This document shows, in pieces, positions 31,571-42,217 of a stretch of DNA of 64,000 bases. The notes beneath the pieces are model-generated. The model had not been told where the DNA came from and did not search any database. It saw only the letters and a program-made list of their open reading frames with translations. How positions within the stretch are numbered: position 1 is the first letter of the stretch; each line of letters opens with the position of its first letter. Made by a program: the position numbers and the translations under genes. Source of the DNA: an uncultured bacterium (GTDB lineage Bacteria > Bacteroidota > Bacteroidia > Chitinophagales > CAIODY01); the NCBI GenBank assembly GCA_903857255.1, contig CAIODY010000013.1:5406-69405 (forward strand). Reading direction: 5' to 3'.

Positions 31571-32743
31571 ATGGCAAAAAGAGATTACTACGAAATTTTA
31601 GGTGTAACAAAATCATCCACAGCTGATGAGATAAAAAAGGCGTATCGCAAAGTGGCGATGCAGTTTCATCCTGACAGAAATCCAGGCGATAAAGCAGCGG
31701 AAGATAAATTTAAAGAAGCAGCCGAAGCTTATGAAGTGTTGAGTGATGAAACTAAAAAACGTCAGTATGACCAATTTGGTCATGCAGGTGCAAATGGTGG
31801 ATACGGCGGTGGTGGCGGTTATCAAAGCCACGATATGAATATGGATGACATCTTCCGAAATTTCGGTGATGTGTTTGGCGATGAAAGTCCGTTTGGAAGT
31901 TTTTTTGGCGGCGGCGGAAGAAGCCGTGGTGGCAGCTCTCGAGGCAGAGGCGTTCGTGGCAGCAATTTAAGAGTGAAAGTAAAACTCACTTTGCAAGAAG
32001 TGGCAGAAGGCGTTCAGAAAAAAATAAAAGTTAAAAAGTTTGTGCCATGCAACACTTGTAGTGGCAGCGGCGCAAAAGATAAATCATCATTCAGTAATTG
32101 CTCAACCTGCGGCGGACGTGGCGTTGTAACCCGTGTGATGAACACCATGTTGGGGCAAATGCAAACGCAAACCACTTGCCCAACTTGTCATGGTGAAGGC
32201 ACAACGATTGCTCATAAATGTGGCAGTTGTCATGGCGAAGGCAGAGTGAGTGGCGAAGAAACGATTACAATTGATATTCCAAAAGGCGCAACTGATGGCA
32301 TTCAGTTAAGTATGAATGGCAAAGGCAATGCTGGCGAACGTGGCGGTGCTGCTGGTGATTTGGTGATTAATGTGGAAGAAGAAGCGCATGAATTTTTACA
32401 ACGTGAAGGCTTGAATGTGATTTATGAATTGCATTTGAATTTTGTGGATGCTTGCTTGGGAACTAGCGTTGAAGTACCAACAATTTCAGGTAAAGCTAAA
32501 ATTAATATTGCCGAAGGAACACAATCAGGAAAAGTTTTCAGATTGAAAGGCAAAGGCATTCCAAGTTTGCAATCCTACGAACATGGCGACCAATTGATTC
32601 ATGTCAACGTATGGACACCAAAAGCCTTATCAGCAGAGGAAAAGAAGATTTTAGAAAAATTAAAAACTTCTCCTAATTTCAAACCACAACCTGGCAAAGA
32701 AGAAAAAGGTTTCTTCAACAAAGTGAGGGATATGTTTAATTAA
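31571..32743 (+). CDS. dnaJ: Chaperone DnaJ
   Basis: J domain with HPD, G/F region, four CxxCxGxG repeats. Confidence 0.99.
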   Translation: MAKRDYYEILGVTKSSTADEIKKAYRKVAMQFHPDRNPGDKAAEDKFKEAAEAYEVLSDETKKRQYDQFGHAGANGGYGGGGGYQSHDMNMDDIFRNFGDVFGDESPFGSFFGGGGRSRGGSSRGRGVRGSNLRVKVKLTLQEVAEGVQKKIKVKKFVPCNTCSGSGAKDKSSFSNCSTCGGRGVVTRVMNTMLGQMQTQTTCPTCHGEGTTIAHKCGSCHGEGRVSGEETITIDIPKGATDGIQLSMNGKGNAGERGGAAGDLVINVEEEAHEFLQREGLNVIYELHLNFVDACLGTSVEVPTISGKAKINIAEGTQSGKVFRLKGKGIPSLQSYEHGDQLIHVNVWTPKALSAEEKKILEKLKTSPNFKPQPGKEEKGFFNKVRDMFN

Positions 32744-32765
32744 GAAGCATGATTAAAATTAAAAA

Positions 32766-33395
32766 ATGCTAAAAAATATTTTTATGAAAAAGTGGGTGTT
32801 GGTTTTATTATCAGCACTCATTTTTTTTATTGCGTTGTTTGTCTTTCGTAATTCTATTTTACGAGGCATGGGCAATTTTTTAATCAAAGAAGATGCTGTT
32901 GAAAAATGCGATGCTATTGTTGTATTGAGTGGAAATGCTTTGGACAGAGCCACCGAAGCGGCTTTGTTGTATAAACAAGGAATTGCCAAACAAATTATTT
33001 GCACAGGCAATAATCAAAGTGGTGATTTTGAAGTGTTGCATTTAAAAGAAAAAGAATCGGATGTTTCTAAATTTAGAATGATAGAAATGGGCGTTCCTGA
33101 TTCAGCAATTATTGTCATTCATGAAGGAACAAGCACTTTGGAAGAAGGCGAAGCAATGCTGAAATTTTGCCAAACTCATCAATTAAAATCATGCATGATT
33201 TTGAGCAGCAAATTTCATACAAGGCGCATCAACTATGTGTCTGACAAGAAGTTCAAAAACTCAGCAGTGAAAATTTTAGTACATGGCGCACCACCTTCAA
33301 AATACAAAATTGAAACTTGGTGGAAGGGCGAAGAAGGTTTGTTATTCGTTTACGATGAATACATCAAACTGATTTATTACCACTTGAAATATTAA
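32766..33395 (+). CDS. YdcF/DUF218-family protein (start may be 32784)
   Basis: DAIVVLSG, STLEE, SSKFHTRR. Confidence 0.85.
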   Translation: MLKNIFMKKWVLVLLSALIFFIALFVFRNSILRGMGNFLIKEDAVEKCDAIVVLSGNALDRATEAALLYKQGIAKQIICTGNNQSGDFEVLHLKEKESDVSKFRMIEMGVPDSAIIVIHEGTSTLEEGEAMLKFCQTHQLKSCMILSSKFHTRRINYVSDKKFKNSAVKILVHGAPPSKYKIETWWKGEEGLLFVYDEYIKLIYYHLKY

Positions 33396-33421
33396 TTCAC
33401 AAGGTGTGTGAATTAATATTT
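33387..33421. terminator. Hairpin between convergent ydcF-like gene and hflX
   Basis: AAATATTAATTCACA/TGTGAATTAATATTT 15-bp perfect stem. Confidence 0.65.
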
Positions 33422-33426
33422 CTTCC

Positions 33427-34623
33427 TCAAAATTTTTGAGCAATGAATGGATAACGTTCTTCGTACAATACTTTTACTTTTTCTAAAATCGTGTTGCGTA
33501 AGCCATCCACATTTCTTTTTTCTAAAGCGCTTACAAAAACACATTGCCCGTGAAGCCTTGTCAGCCAAGCATTTTCAAGCTCATTTATAATTTCTTTGCG
33601 AACAGCAACAGGTGTTAATTCATCGAAATGATTTTTTTCGTACAAATCAATTTTGTTGAAAATTACTAAAGTTGGTTTGTCTGCTACTTTTAATTCTAAC
33701 AAAGTTTCATTCACAGTTTTCATTTGGTCTTCAAATTGCGGATGCGAAATATCAACCACATGAATTAAAATATCGCTTTCTCTCACCTCATCCAAAGTTG
33801 ATTTAAAACTTTCGACCAAAGTGTGTGGGAGCTTGCGAATAAAGCCCACGGTATCGCTCAACAAAAATGGAATTCTGTCAATCACCACTTTACGAACAGT
33901 TGTATCCAATGTTGCGAACAATTTATTTTCGGCAAATACTTCGCTTTTGCTCAACAAATTCATGGTGGTGCTTTTGCCAACATTAGTGTAACCGACCAAT
34001 GCTACACGAATCACTTCGCCACGGCTTTTGCGTTGGGTGATAAATTGTTTATCAATTTGCGTTAAATCGTGTTTGAGTTTTGAAATATTTTCTTTCACCA
34101 ATCGGCGGTCGGTTTCAATTTCTTTTTCGCCTGGCCCTCTCATGCCGATGCCACCTTTTTGTCGCTCTAAGTGGCTCCACAAGCCTTTTAGCCGAGGTAA
34201 GAGATATTGCAACTGCGCCAATTCTACTTGCGTCTTTGCATGAGCAGTTCGGGCTCGTGATGCAAAAATATCCAAGATTAATCCTGTTCTATCCAACACT
34301 TTGCATTTTACAACGGCTTCAATATTTGTTTGCTGACGACCGCTTAATTCATCATCAAAAATCACCAAACTCACATCATTTTGCTCAATGTAATTTCTGA
34401 TTTCTTCCAATTTTCCACTGCCGATAAAGGTGTTGGAATCTAACTTTTGCATACGTTGTGTAAATCGTTTCAATGCCACAGCACCAGCTGTTTCAGCCAA
34501 AAAAGTAAGTTCGTCTAAATATTCTTTTACTTGTTCTTCTTTTTGATTTTGTTGTATAACGGCTACCAGCACTGCTTTTTCGATGCCTAAGTTTTTTTGA
34601 AAAGTATCTAAGTGATTAATCAT
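33427..34623 (-). CDS. hflX: GTPase HflX
   Basis: GPGEKEIETDRR, GYTNVGKST, LFATLD, DTVGFI, NKID. Confidence 0.98.
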   Translation of the reverse strand: MINHLDTFQKNLGIEKAVLVAVIQQNQKEEQVKEYLDELTFLAETAGAVALKRFTQRMQKLDSNTFIGSGKLEEIRNYIEQNDVSLVIFDDELSGRQQTNIEAVVKCKVLDRTGLILDIFASRARTAHAKTQVELAQLQYLLPRLKGLWSHLERQKGGIGMRGPGEKEIETDRRLVKENISKLKHDLTQIDKQFITQRKSRGEVIRVALVGYTNVGKSTTMNLLSKSEVFAENKLFATLDTTVRKVVIDRIPFLLSDTVGFIRKLPHTLVESFKSTLDEVRESDILIHVVDISHPQFEDQMKTVNETLLELKVADKPTLVIFNKIDLYEKNHFDELTPVAVRKEIINELENAWLTRLHGQCVFVSALEKRNVDGLRNTILEKVKVLYEERYPFIAQKF

Positions 34624-34807
34624 TGTTGCAAAAATAGTCGGAAAAGAACAAGAATTTGAAAATTTGAAGATGAGAAAATTTGAGAATTAAAATACAAAAT
34701 ACTCAACCACATAGGTTCATAGAAATCATAGAATACAAGATTAAAATTCAAAGCGAACATAGATTTCGCAAGCGAAAAAATAGAAAAATGAAAAAGTAGA
34801 CTGTTGC

Positions 34808-34880
34808 TGCGGCAGGGATTGCAGCGAAAATCCTTTTGTGAGGAACGAGCAAAAGATTGTAGCGAAAAGCCCGAAGCCGC
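34808..34880. repeat. GC-rich structured intergenic repeat element
   Basis: Terminal GCGGC/GCCGC, internal direct repeat GATTG(C/T)AGCGAAAA x2 and a CTTTTG/CAAAAG stem; from recall, resembles a dispersed Bacteroidota repeat. Confidence 0.6.
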
Positions 34881-34980
34881 CCAAAAATATTTTTGTTTTC
34901 GGAATAAAAAATTCGACACTTTTTTTTGTGTTGTTCAGAAACAAAGTTTTTTCAAAAAATATTTCGACTTAATTTTAGGT

Positions 34981-35682
34981 ATGAAAAAAAATATGCTGTT
35001 CATGATTTTAATGGTTTTCATTTTTGCTGCTTGCAAAAAGAAAACTGCAACAGTGGATATGAAAACTGATTATTTCCCTTTGAAAGTGGGCTCGTGGATT
35101 ATTTATGATGTAGATTCAACTTACTACGATGATTTTTTATTGACGCATCACATGCATCATTTTCAGTTGAAAGAATTGATTGCAGAAGCATTCACCGATT
35201 TGCAAGGCAACGCTGCTTATCGCATTGAGCGATACGAACGCGATAGCACTTCGCAAACTTTCCAAATCAAAAATGTTTGTTCAGAAAATGTTGTGAATAA
35301 TCAAGCGCAACGAGTAGAAAATAATTTGCGATTTGTGAAAATGATTTTTCCACCACAAACTACAATTTCATGGAAAGGCAATGTTTACATTCAGTCCGAT
35401 TTGACCAGCATCTACACCAAATTTTTAGGCGATTGGGATTATCAATATTCTTTTGTTGATGCACCAAATTCCTTTGGTGGCAATAGTTTCAGTGCAACTG
35501 CAACTGTGGTCGCTGATGATGAATTAGTGCCAGGCTTACAGCAAACTACATTTGTTGAAACTTATGCCAGAAATGTCGGGCTGGTTTATTACCATCACAA
35601 ATTTGTTGAGAAACAACCATCAGATACCACTTGGGTTTCGGGGTTTGATGTAACTGCAACTGTTAATTCTTTTGGCAATTAA
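34981..35682 (+). CDS. Hypothetical lipoprotein (true start probably ATG 34981, not 34804)
   Basis: MKKNMLFMILMVFIFAAC lipobox; DYFPLKVG...Y-x-VDS and YARNVGLVY motifs. Confidence 0.8.
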   Translation: MKKNMLFMILMVFIFAACKKKTATVDMKTDYFPLKVGSWIIYDVDSTYYDDFLLTHHMHHFQLKELIAEAFTDLQGNAAYRIERYERDSTSQTFQIKNVCSENVVNNQAQRVENNLRFVKMIFPPQTTISWKGNVYIQSDLTSIYTKFLGDWDYQYSFVDAPNSFGGNSFSATATVVADDELVPGLQQTTFVETYARNVGLVYYHHKFVEKQPSDTTWVSGFDVTATVNSFGN

Positions 35683-36272
35683 ATTCCATTTTTTAAAAAG
35701 TTTGATTCAAAAATTTTGATGGCGATGGCAATTAGAATTACGCCGAAGAATTTTTTCAAAACTAAAATTCCAGCTTTGCCCAATTTTCGTTCAATCCAAT
35801 CAACTGATTTCAAAACAATAAACATGACTATCAAATTAATAAGGATAGCAATGATGATATTGTAAATGTTGTAGACTGCTTTTAGCGAAAGAATTGTGGT
35901 TAATGTACCCGAACCAGCTAACACAGGAAATGCAAGCGGAACAAGGCTTCCTGCGCTACCCACGTCTTTTTCGGATTTGAAAAAATTTCTTCCTGAAATT
36001 AATTCTAAGCCTAAAATAAAAACTACAAACGAACCTGCTAAAGCAAACGAACGCAAATCAATGCCAATAATATTGAGCAATTGTTCGCCAATGAATAAAA
36101 ATATAATCATCAAAGTGCCAGCGAAAACCGTTGTCCCCATTGGGTTAAACTCGGGATGTTGTTTTTTGATATTGATAACGATGGGTACTGAACCAACCAC
36201 ATCAATAATGGCAAACAAAGTGAAAGTGATGGTGAGAATGTCGTTGATTTTTATTCCGCTAAGTGGTGGCAT
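35679..36272 (-). CDS. marC: MarC-family membrane protein
   Basis: LFAIIDVVGSVP, VPLAFPVLAGSG, KFFGVILIAI. Confidence 0.9.
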   Translation of the reverse strand: MPPLSGIKINDILTITFTLFAIIDVVGSVPIVINIKKQHPEFNPMGTTVFAGTLMIIFLFIGEQLLNIIGIDLRSFALAGSFVVFILGLELISGRNFFKSEKDVGSAGSLVPLAFPVLAGSGTLTTILSLKAVYNIYNIIIAILINLIVMFIVLKSVDWIERKLGKAGILVLKKFFGVILIAIAIKIFESNFLKNGI

Positions 36273-36314
36273 AAAAATAAATTGTTGGTTTTGAGTAACT
36301 GGTTATTTGTAAAA

Positions 36315-37034
36315 TCACACTAACAAACTTACCGCAAATCCGATTATCAAACACAAAATTTTGTACCATTTAATTTGATGTTTGTTGTTGGTAGTTTCAA
36401 AAATAATCGTGGTACTAATATGCAACAATGTGCCGCAAATTAAACCGATAACGATGCCAAAAATGTTTTGCGAAAATAAATTTGACTGCTGATAACTCAC
36501 AAACAAGATGATTGAAATAGGTGTAATCATGGCGAAAAAGAATATCCATAGAAACCGCTGTGTGGCTGTTTTTACGCTGTGCGATACTAAACAGGCTAAC
36601 GCAAAACATTCAGGAATTTTATGCAAAATCAAACCAACCAACAAGCCCGAAAAAATCTTTTTTGTTGCGTATGATTCAACCAATGGAGCTGCTTCAAAAA
36701 AAGCATGAATACCCAAACCAAGAATAATGTAAACCAATTTATGCAAAGGCAAATGCTCATGAATATGGGTATGCCCATGTTCAACACCTTGTGAAAATTG
36801 TTGGATAATATGTTGCAGAAAAAAACCTGCTAAAACCCACACTAAAATATTTTCGCCATAATGAATTACAGCATGAGGAATAATGTGTCGCAGTAAAACT
36901 GAAAATAAATAAGCGCCTGTTGCAATCAACAAATAATTAATCAAGTTTTGTTTTTCGTGTGGGATAACAAAACTCAACAAGCCGCCAACAAAGCCAGCTG
37001 TGAAGATTAATGATATGATAATCAGCCAACTCAA
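36315..37034 (-). CDS. ZIP-family metal transporter
   Basis: GVEHGHTHIHEH His-loop, HAFFE, LHKIPE. Confidence 0.88.
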   Translation of the reverse strand: MSWLIIISLIFTAGFVGGLLSFVIPHEKQNLINYLLIATGAYLFSVLLRHIIPHAVIHYGENILVWVLAGFFLQHIIQQFSQGVEHGHTHIHEHLPLHKLVYIILGLGIHAFFEAAPLVESYATKKIFSGLLVGLILHKIPECFALACLVSHSVKTATQRFLWIFFFAMITPISIILFVSYQQSNLFSQNIFGIVIGLICGTLLHISTTIIFETTNNKHQIKWYKILCLIIGFAVSLLV

Positions 37035-37612
37035 CTGTTTTTTATGTTTTGATTTTCGGGCATTAATTTTTCATACACCCAATACATAATCACACTGCAA
37101 AATGCACCTGTAATAAATCCACCTAAAACATCGAACGGATAATGAACACCCACATAAATTTGTGAGTAGCCAACTAATATTGGAACCAACAAAAAGAGAT
37201 AACTTTTTCTACCAATTACAGCTAAAAAAATCATTGCCAAAAACAAACACACACTTATGTTGTTTGCTGCATGACTGCTTGTAAAGCTGTATCCATGGCT
37301 GCCTCCAACCAAATCATTGATTTTGCATTGCCAGCTTCCATCAACGCATGGACGTAAGCGATGAAAATAGGGTTTGAAAAAATGACTGCTAATTAAATCG
37401 CTAAAACCCATGGTTGCGCCTGTGAAAAGTACCAACCAAAATCCTTTCAAGCGATATTTTATTATCAGTAATAATGCAAGTGAAATATAGAAAATTTGCA
37501 AATGAAATGGCTCACGAATAAATTTGAAAACTTCATTCAATGCTGGTACATTCCATTTTTGGTTGATGTACTCAAATACTTTGTAGTCAATATGTTTAAG
37601 CGTTTCTAACAA
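37031..37612 (-). CDS. PAP2-family phosphatase
   Basis: K-x6-RP, SFTSSHA, SQIYVGVHYPFD. Confidence 0.92.
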   Translation of the reverse strand: MLETLKHIDYKVFEYINQKWNVPALNEVFKFIREPFHLQIFYISLALLLIIKYRLKGFWLVLFTGATMGFSDLISSHFFKPYFHRLRPCVDGSWQCKINDLVGGSHGYSFTSSHAANNISVCLFLAMIFLAVIGRKSYLFLLVPILVGYSQIYVGVHYPFDVLGGFITGAFCSVIMYWVYEKLMPENQNIKNS

Positions 37613-37614
37613 TT

Positions 37615-38346
37615 TTATTTTTTAATGGCATGGATAATTAATCGGTCTGAATTTTGTTCATCAAAGTTATGCAAAGCATAATCGCCAAAAATATTTTTGA
37701 TGGAAAGATTTTGTTGCCTTAATAATTTTTCAAAATCATTTAGTGTAAAGGCTTTAACTTTTTCTCGAGCTGTCATTTTCAATTCATTATCCTCAAACAC
37801 TTTTGTTGATTTGCAAATAAATCCATTTTCTACAAAACGATGAATTTCAAACACACAATTTTCTTTTTCGATTTTTTCATGCGCCACTAAATTTTTCATC
37901 ACTTTTTTTGCGTTCATAAAATCAATCACCAAATTTCCGTTGAGCTTCAAAGCCGCTTGCATGGCTGCAAACTGATGTACATCATCAATTGGTTTTCGAA
38001 AATATCCCATGCTAGTAAAAAAGCTGCAAACCACATTAAAATAATTTACACGAAATATTTTTCGCATATCGTGTTCATAAAAATGCAAATTATCGCATTC
38101 CATTTTTTTTGCTTCGGCAATACTATTAGCGGCTAAATCAATGCCGCAAACATCAAAACCTTTGCTGGCTAAGTATTTTGAATGCCTGCCTTTTCCGCAA
38201 GCCATATCTAATACTTTTTCGCCTTGATTGGTTTTTAAATAATCAAATAAATTATCAATGAAATTTTTTGCTTCCTCATCATTCCTATTGTTGTACAACA
38301 AGTGATAATAATGACTATCAAACCACACCTCAAACCAATTATCCAT
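37615..38346 (-). CDS. Class I SAM-dependent methyltransferase
   Basis: VLDMACGKGRH, HDMR, FTSMGYF. Confidence 0.92.
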   Translation of the reverse strand: MDNWFEVWFDSHYYHLLYNNRNDEEAKNFIDNLFDYLKTNQGEKVLDMACGKGRHSKYLASKGFDVCGIDLAANSIAEAKKMECDNLHFYEHDMRKIFRVNYFNVVCSFFTSMGYFRKPIDDVHQFAAMQAALKLNGNLVIDFMNAKKVMKNLVAHEKIEKENCVFEIHRFVENGFICKSTKVFEDNELKMTAREKVKAFTLNDFEKLLRQQNLSIKNIFGDYALHNFDEQNSDRLIIHAIKK

Positions 38347-38480
38347 TTTAGAATTTTATTTTTTTTTAGCGTTGCAAATCTACCAAAATATGAATTGACA
38401 AATTGCAAACTGCTGAAGCTATTTCAAACTTACGTGTATATTTGAACGCAAAATATATTTAAACTTTTTAAAAATACCCC

Positions 38481-38996
38481 ATGCGTAAAAGTGTTATCCT
38501 CTTCATTTTTTTTAGCCTCGTTTTTGCAACAATAACAATTGCACAAACCACACAAAAAACAGAATCAAAAATCTACAATTCTGCGGCTGATGCCAAGGCT
38601 GATATAAAAGCAGCTGTTGAAAAAGCAAAGAAAGAAGGCAAGCATGTGTTGCTGCAAATTGGCGGCAACTGGTGCATCTGGTGTATGCGTTTTAATGAAA
38701 AAGCCACTACTAATGATACTTTAAAATCGGAATTAGAAAAAGATTTTGTGGTGTATCATTTGAATTATAGCAAAGAAAATAAAAATGAAGAAGTGCTTGC
38801 TCAACTTGGTTTTCCGCAACGATTTGGATTTCCAGTGTTTGTAATTTTAGATGCTAATGGAAACAGAATTCACACTCAAAACAGTGAGTATCTGGAAGAA
38901 GGAAAAGGATACAGCACTACCAAAGTTCTTAACTTTTTTAAGCAGTGGTCACCTGCTGCATTAGATGCAAAAACTTACCATGAAACAAAAAAGTAA
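38481..38996 (+). CDS. Exported thioredoxin-family protein
   Basis: Signal peptide, GGNWCIWC, FGFPVFVILD. Confidence 0.88.
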   Translation: MRKSVILFIFFSLVFATITIAQTTQKTESKIYNSAADAKADIKAAVEKAKKEGKHVLLQIGGNWCIWCMRFNEKATTNDTLKSELEKDFVVYHLNYSKENKNEEVLAQLGFPQRFGFPVFVILDANGNRIHTQNSEYLEEGKGYSTTKVLNFFKQWSPAALDAKTYHETKK

Positions 38997-39266
38997 ATGC
39001 GTATTCAATGCGTATGATTGCTTTTCACCCCTTCTACTAAATGGCGTTATTAGAGCATAAAAAAAAGTACTTCGGCTGCCAATATTCCACACCTCAATTT
39101 TATTTTTCGAGAGTATAAACTAAACTGTGTAAATGAAATTTAGAGTCGGCATCTGTTTGTAATAAAGCATACAAACAAGGAAAGTGACTAATTGTTTCAA
39201 AACGATAAAACCCTATTATCTTGCATTGGCGAAATACAGTTACTTGCTGTATTGCTAAATACCCTT

Positions 39267-39962
39267 ATGAACAATTTATCTGCTAATCATTCCATTCATT
39301 TGGTTACCAATTTTCAAAACCTTATTTCAACGCCTTTTCAAGCTGATAGAAATGCCATTTGTTGGCAACGTGAATTAAAAGGTGATTTTAGTGAGTTAGT
39401 AAAAAAGATTACTCCAACCGAAAACATTACTGTAATTAATGAAGAGGAACTTTTAACACTTCAGCTAAATGAACAAGGGCAATTGGCTCGTAACATTATT
39501 TTAAATGATTTAAAACTGTTGAAAGCGCATGGCGCATCACCTATTCTTAATCTCATTAAATGTTATGAAAGCGATAATACTTATTCCTTTTTCCCAACCG
39601 ATGTTTATTCATTTCATGTAGATAGTTCACCTATTGCAACCGATACTTTTTTATGTACGTATTATGGTTCGCCAAGTGAGCTATTACCCAATGCACAAGC
39701 CTTACAAAAAGTGCTTGTACCAGAAATACGTGATGAACTAAAAAAACAATATCGTGGCGCAGATGCAGAATTTGAATCGTATTTAAGCGAACATTTTTTT
39801 GATTTGCACTATCAGGGTAAACCTGATGCAAGCCCTATTAGCTTGGGTTTGGGAAACTTATGGCGATTGGCAGTTGATTACCCAAAAAGTAAAGTGCTGC
39901 CTTGTATTCATCGTGCACCAAAAGAAAGAAATGGTCAACATCGGTTGTTGTTAATCTGCTAA
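39267..39962 (+). CDS. DUF1826-like 2OG/Fe-fold protein (start probably ATG 39267)
   Basis: FHVD, FLCTYYG, IHRAP, RLLLI motifs. Confidence 0.75.
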   Translation: MNNLSANHSIHLVTNFQNLISTPFQADRNAICWQRELKGDFSELVKKITPTENITVINEEELLTLQLNEQGQLARNIILNDLKLLKAHGASPILNLIKCYESDNTYSFFPTDVYSFHVDSSPIATDTFLCTYYGSPSELLPNAQALQKVLVPEIRDELKKQYRGADAEFESYLSEHFFDLHYQGKPDASPISLGLGNLWRLAVDYPKSKVLPCIHRAPKERNGQHRLLLIC

Positions 39963-40075
39963 ATACAAAGGAGTTAAGCAAGTACAATTTTTAAAAACTT
40001 ACTACAGTATTTTTTTGTACGATATTTGGAAAGCATTGCTTTAATTATTCACGTTCACTAACAAACAATTGCACC

Positions 40076-40257
40076 ATGTGGTCAGTATATGCTTTATTAT
40101 CAGCCTTGTTTGCTGCACTCACCGCCATATTAGCAAAAGTAGGCATTAAAAGGATTATATACTAATTTAGCTACTGCTATCAAAAGAAGTATTAATCCTG
40201 AAAACCCCTATTGGTGCAGCCTTGATAATTGCTGACACAGTTACTTTAATTTTATAA
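40076..40257 (+). pseudogene. EamA/DMT transporter remnant (frameshift plus internal deletion)
   Basis: MWSVYALLSALFAALTAILAKVGIK, shifted TNLATAI, then directly the C-terminus LKTPIGAALIIADTVTLIL*. Confidence 0.75.
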
Positions 40258-40333
40258 CAGCCGATAAGAAAGGGTTAATGCCTTTTTATCAACGCTTCTA
40301 TTTCTTTTTCATGCATTTGATACCCAAAAAATT

Positions 40334-41392
40334 TCACCTCAAATTATGCGCTATCCAATTATCTAAAGCAGCAAATAATTTTTTGTTGCCATTTTGTTGA
40401 TAGCTGTTTAGATTGCTTTCAAACTTAGTTAAATCGAATAAAAACGCTTTAATACTATCAGCAGTAAATTGATTGAAATGCCGACCGAAACCATATTTCT
40501 GAACATAAGCTGCATTCACAAATTGTTCAAATTGATTGGCAATAGGCACACTGCAAATTGGTTTGTGCAGATAAACTGCTTCGCTGATAAAGGAATAGCC
40601 ACCATTGCAAATCACAGCTTTTGCATCAGCTAATAATTTCACAAATTCGCTTTCACTAAATTTCTTCAATTGAACATTAGCATGAGTTTCTGCTTTATTA
40701 AAACCAAACACCAAAAATTGTTCGCTTTTTACTTTTTGCAATTGCGTTATCAAATCATTTTGTGAAGTAGAAGTTTGATAAACTAAAACATGATTCCCTT
40801 TTGACGTTTTTGATTTCAGAATTTCACCTCTGATAATTGGTGGAACAAAGCTGGTATTATTTTTCATAATTGGTGCCTCAAAAAAACTGCTGATAAAATA
40901 ATGCGATGCACCTGCAACCTTAGCTTTGGTAATACTTTTGGCAAGATTGAAATTATTTTTTTCAGTAGCTGGAATATCAATTTCCAATTTGCAACGATTC
41001 AGCATTTGAATATTATCAATGCTAATGAGTGGAATTTTTTGTGTCTTCGCAAAAAAATGAGTGAAAGATTCAAAATCGCTAATCACCAAATCGGGTGAAA
41101 AATTTTGCAATAAATTTTTGTACTGATTAAAATTAATCTGCAATTTTTTTGGTGCATCTTTTAATGTCTTGAAAAATGTTTTTACCATCGAAACTTTAGC
41201 ATTTTTATAAGCCAAATGATAGCCTTCAATTTCGTGTACACAATCAGGAAAATGATTTTGCAAAAAAGAAAAAGCTCTGCCACTGGTTACAATTTGTACA
41301 TCGTGTTTTTGATTCATCAGATGTTCAATCACCACCTTGCTTCGTGTTGCATGCCCCATGCCTTCGCTGGGAACACCATACAATATTTTCAT
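40334..41392 (-). CDS. MJ1255/VC2487-family GT-B glycosyltransferase
   Basis: MKILYGV-x-x-EG-x-GHATRS, PDLVISDFE, NGGY...SEA, NQFEQ-x-x-NA. Confidence 0.88.
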   Translation of the reverse strand: MKILYGVPSEGMGHATRSKVVIEHLMNQKHDVQIVTSGRAFSFLQNHFPDCVHEIEGYHLAYKNAKVSMVKTFFKTLKDAPKKLQINFNQYKNLLQNFSPDLVISDFESFTHFFAKTQKIPLISIDNIQMLNRCKLEIDIPATEKNNFNLAKSITKAKVAGASHYFISSFFEAPIMKNNTSFVPPIIRGEILKSKTSKGNHVLVYQTSTSQNDLITQLQKVKSEQFLVFGFNKAETHANVQLKKFSESEFVKLLADAKAVICNGGYSFISEAVYLHKPICSVPIANQFEQFVNAAYVQKYGFGRHFNQFTADSIKAFLFDLTKFESNLNSYQQNGNKKLFAALDNWIAHNLR

Positions 41393-41491
41393 CAGTAAAA
41401 AATTTGTTTAAAAATAAAAAGGAAATTCTATTGCCAATTCATGATTATTAAACAATAGTTTTAATTTTGTTTTCTTACCTAATATTTTTTA

Positions 41492-41992
41492 ATGAACGCA
41501 ATCAATTTCAAAACCTGCAATAATGACGATTTGCCAATTATTCAACAATTGGCTGAAAAAATTTGGCGCAGCCATTATACTTCGATTATCACCGCCGAGC
41601 AAATTGATTACATGTTGGGTAAAATGTATAGCATCAAAAGTTTGCAACAGCAAATGAAGGAAGATGGATGCCATTTTATTTTAGAACTTGTAAATAAAAA
41701 ACCTGTTGGTTTTATTTCTATTAGCGAAAAAAACAAAGACCATTTTTTCATTCATAAATTATATGTAGATACTTCACAACATCGCAGTGGCTTAGGAAAA
41801 GCTTTACTGAATGAGGCTTTGAGCAGATGCAGAAATTGGAAAACAATTCGATTAACAGTGAACCGTCAAAATTTTAAAGCCATCAATTTTTATTTTAAAA
41901 ATGGTTTTACGATTGAAGAAGTAGCTAATTTTGAAATTGGAAATGGTTTTGTGATGAATGATTTTGTGATGGTGAAAGTGATAGGTAAATGA
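41492..41992 (+). CDS. GNAT acetyltransferase
   Basis: KLYV...HRSGLGK...LTVNRQN-x-x-AINFY-x-x-x-GF. Confidence 0.92.
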   Translation: MNAINFKTCNNDDLPIIQQLAEKIWRSHYTSIITAEQIDYMLGKMYSIKSLQQQMKEDGCHFILELVNKKPVGFISISEKNKDHFFIHKLYVDTSQHRSGLGKALLNEALSRCRNWKTIRLTVNRQNFKAINFYFKNGFTIEEVANFEIGNGFVMNDFVMVKVIGK

Positions 41993-42217
41993 TAAACTTT
42001 TCAAGTTTTAAAAACCGGGAAAGTTTTGCTGCTTCTTCACTTAAAAAATATTTCCACCACAATTTTTAATTGTCAGTAAACCTTTTTCAAAAAATCTCGT
42101 CTATGTAAATGGGTTTCTTCTCATTTTAAAACAATAAAAAAGTTTGGAGTTTAATTCTATTCTGTTTAGTTTTAAACTCTTTTCTTTTTTTGACGAAAGC
42201 TAAAATCTAAAACAACC

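Noticed and set aside
34620-34980. ORFs 34620-34919, 34741-34944 and the 59-aa N-terminal extension of 34804-35682
   Set aside because: They read through intergenic repeat elements; the lipoprotein signal starts at ATG 34981
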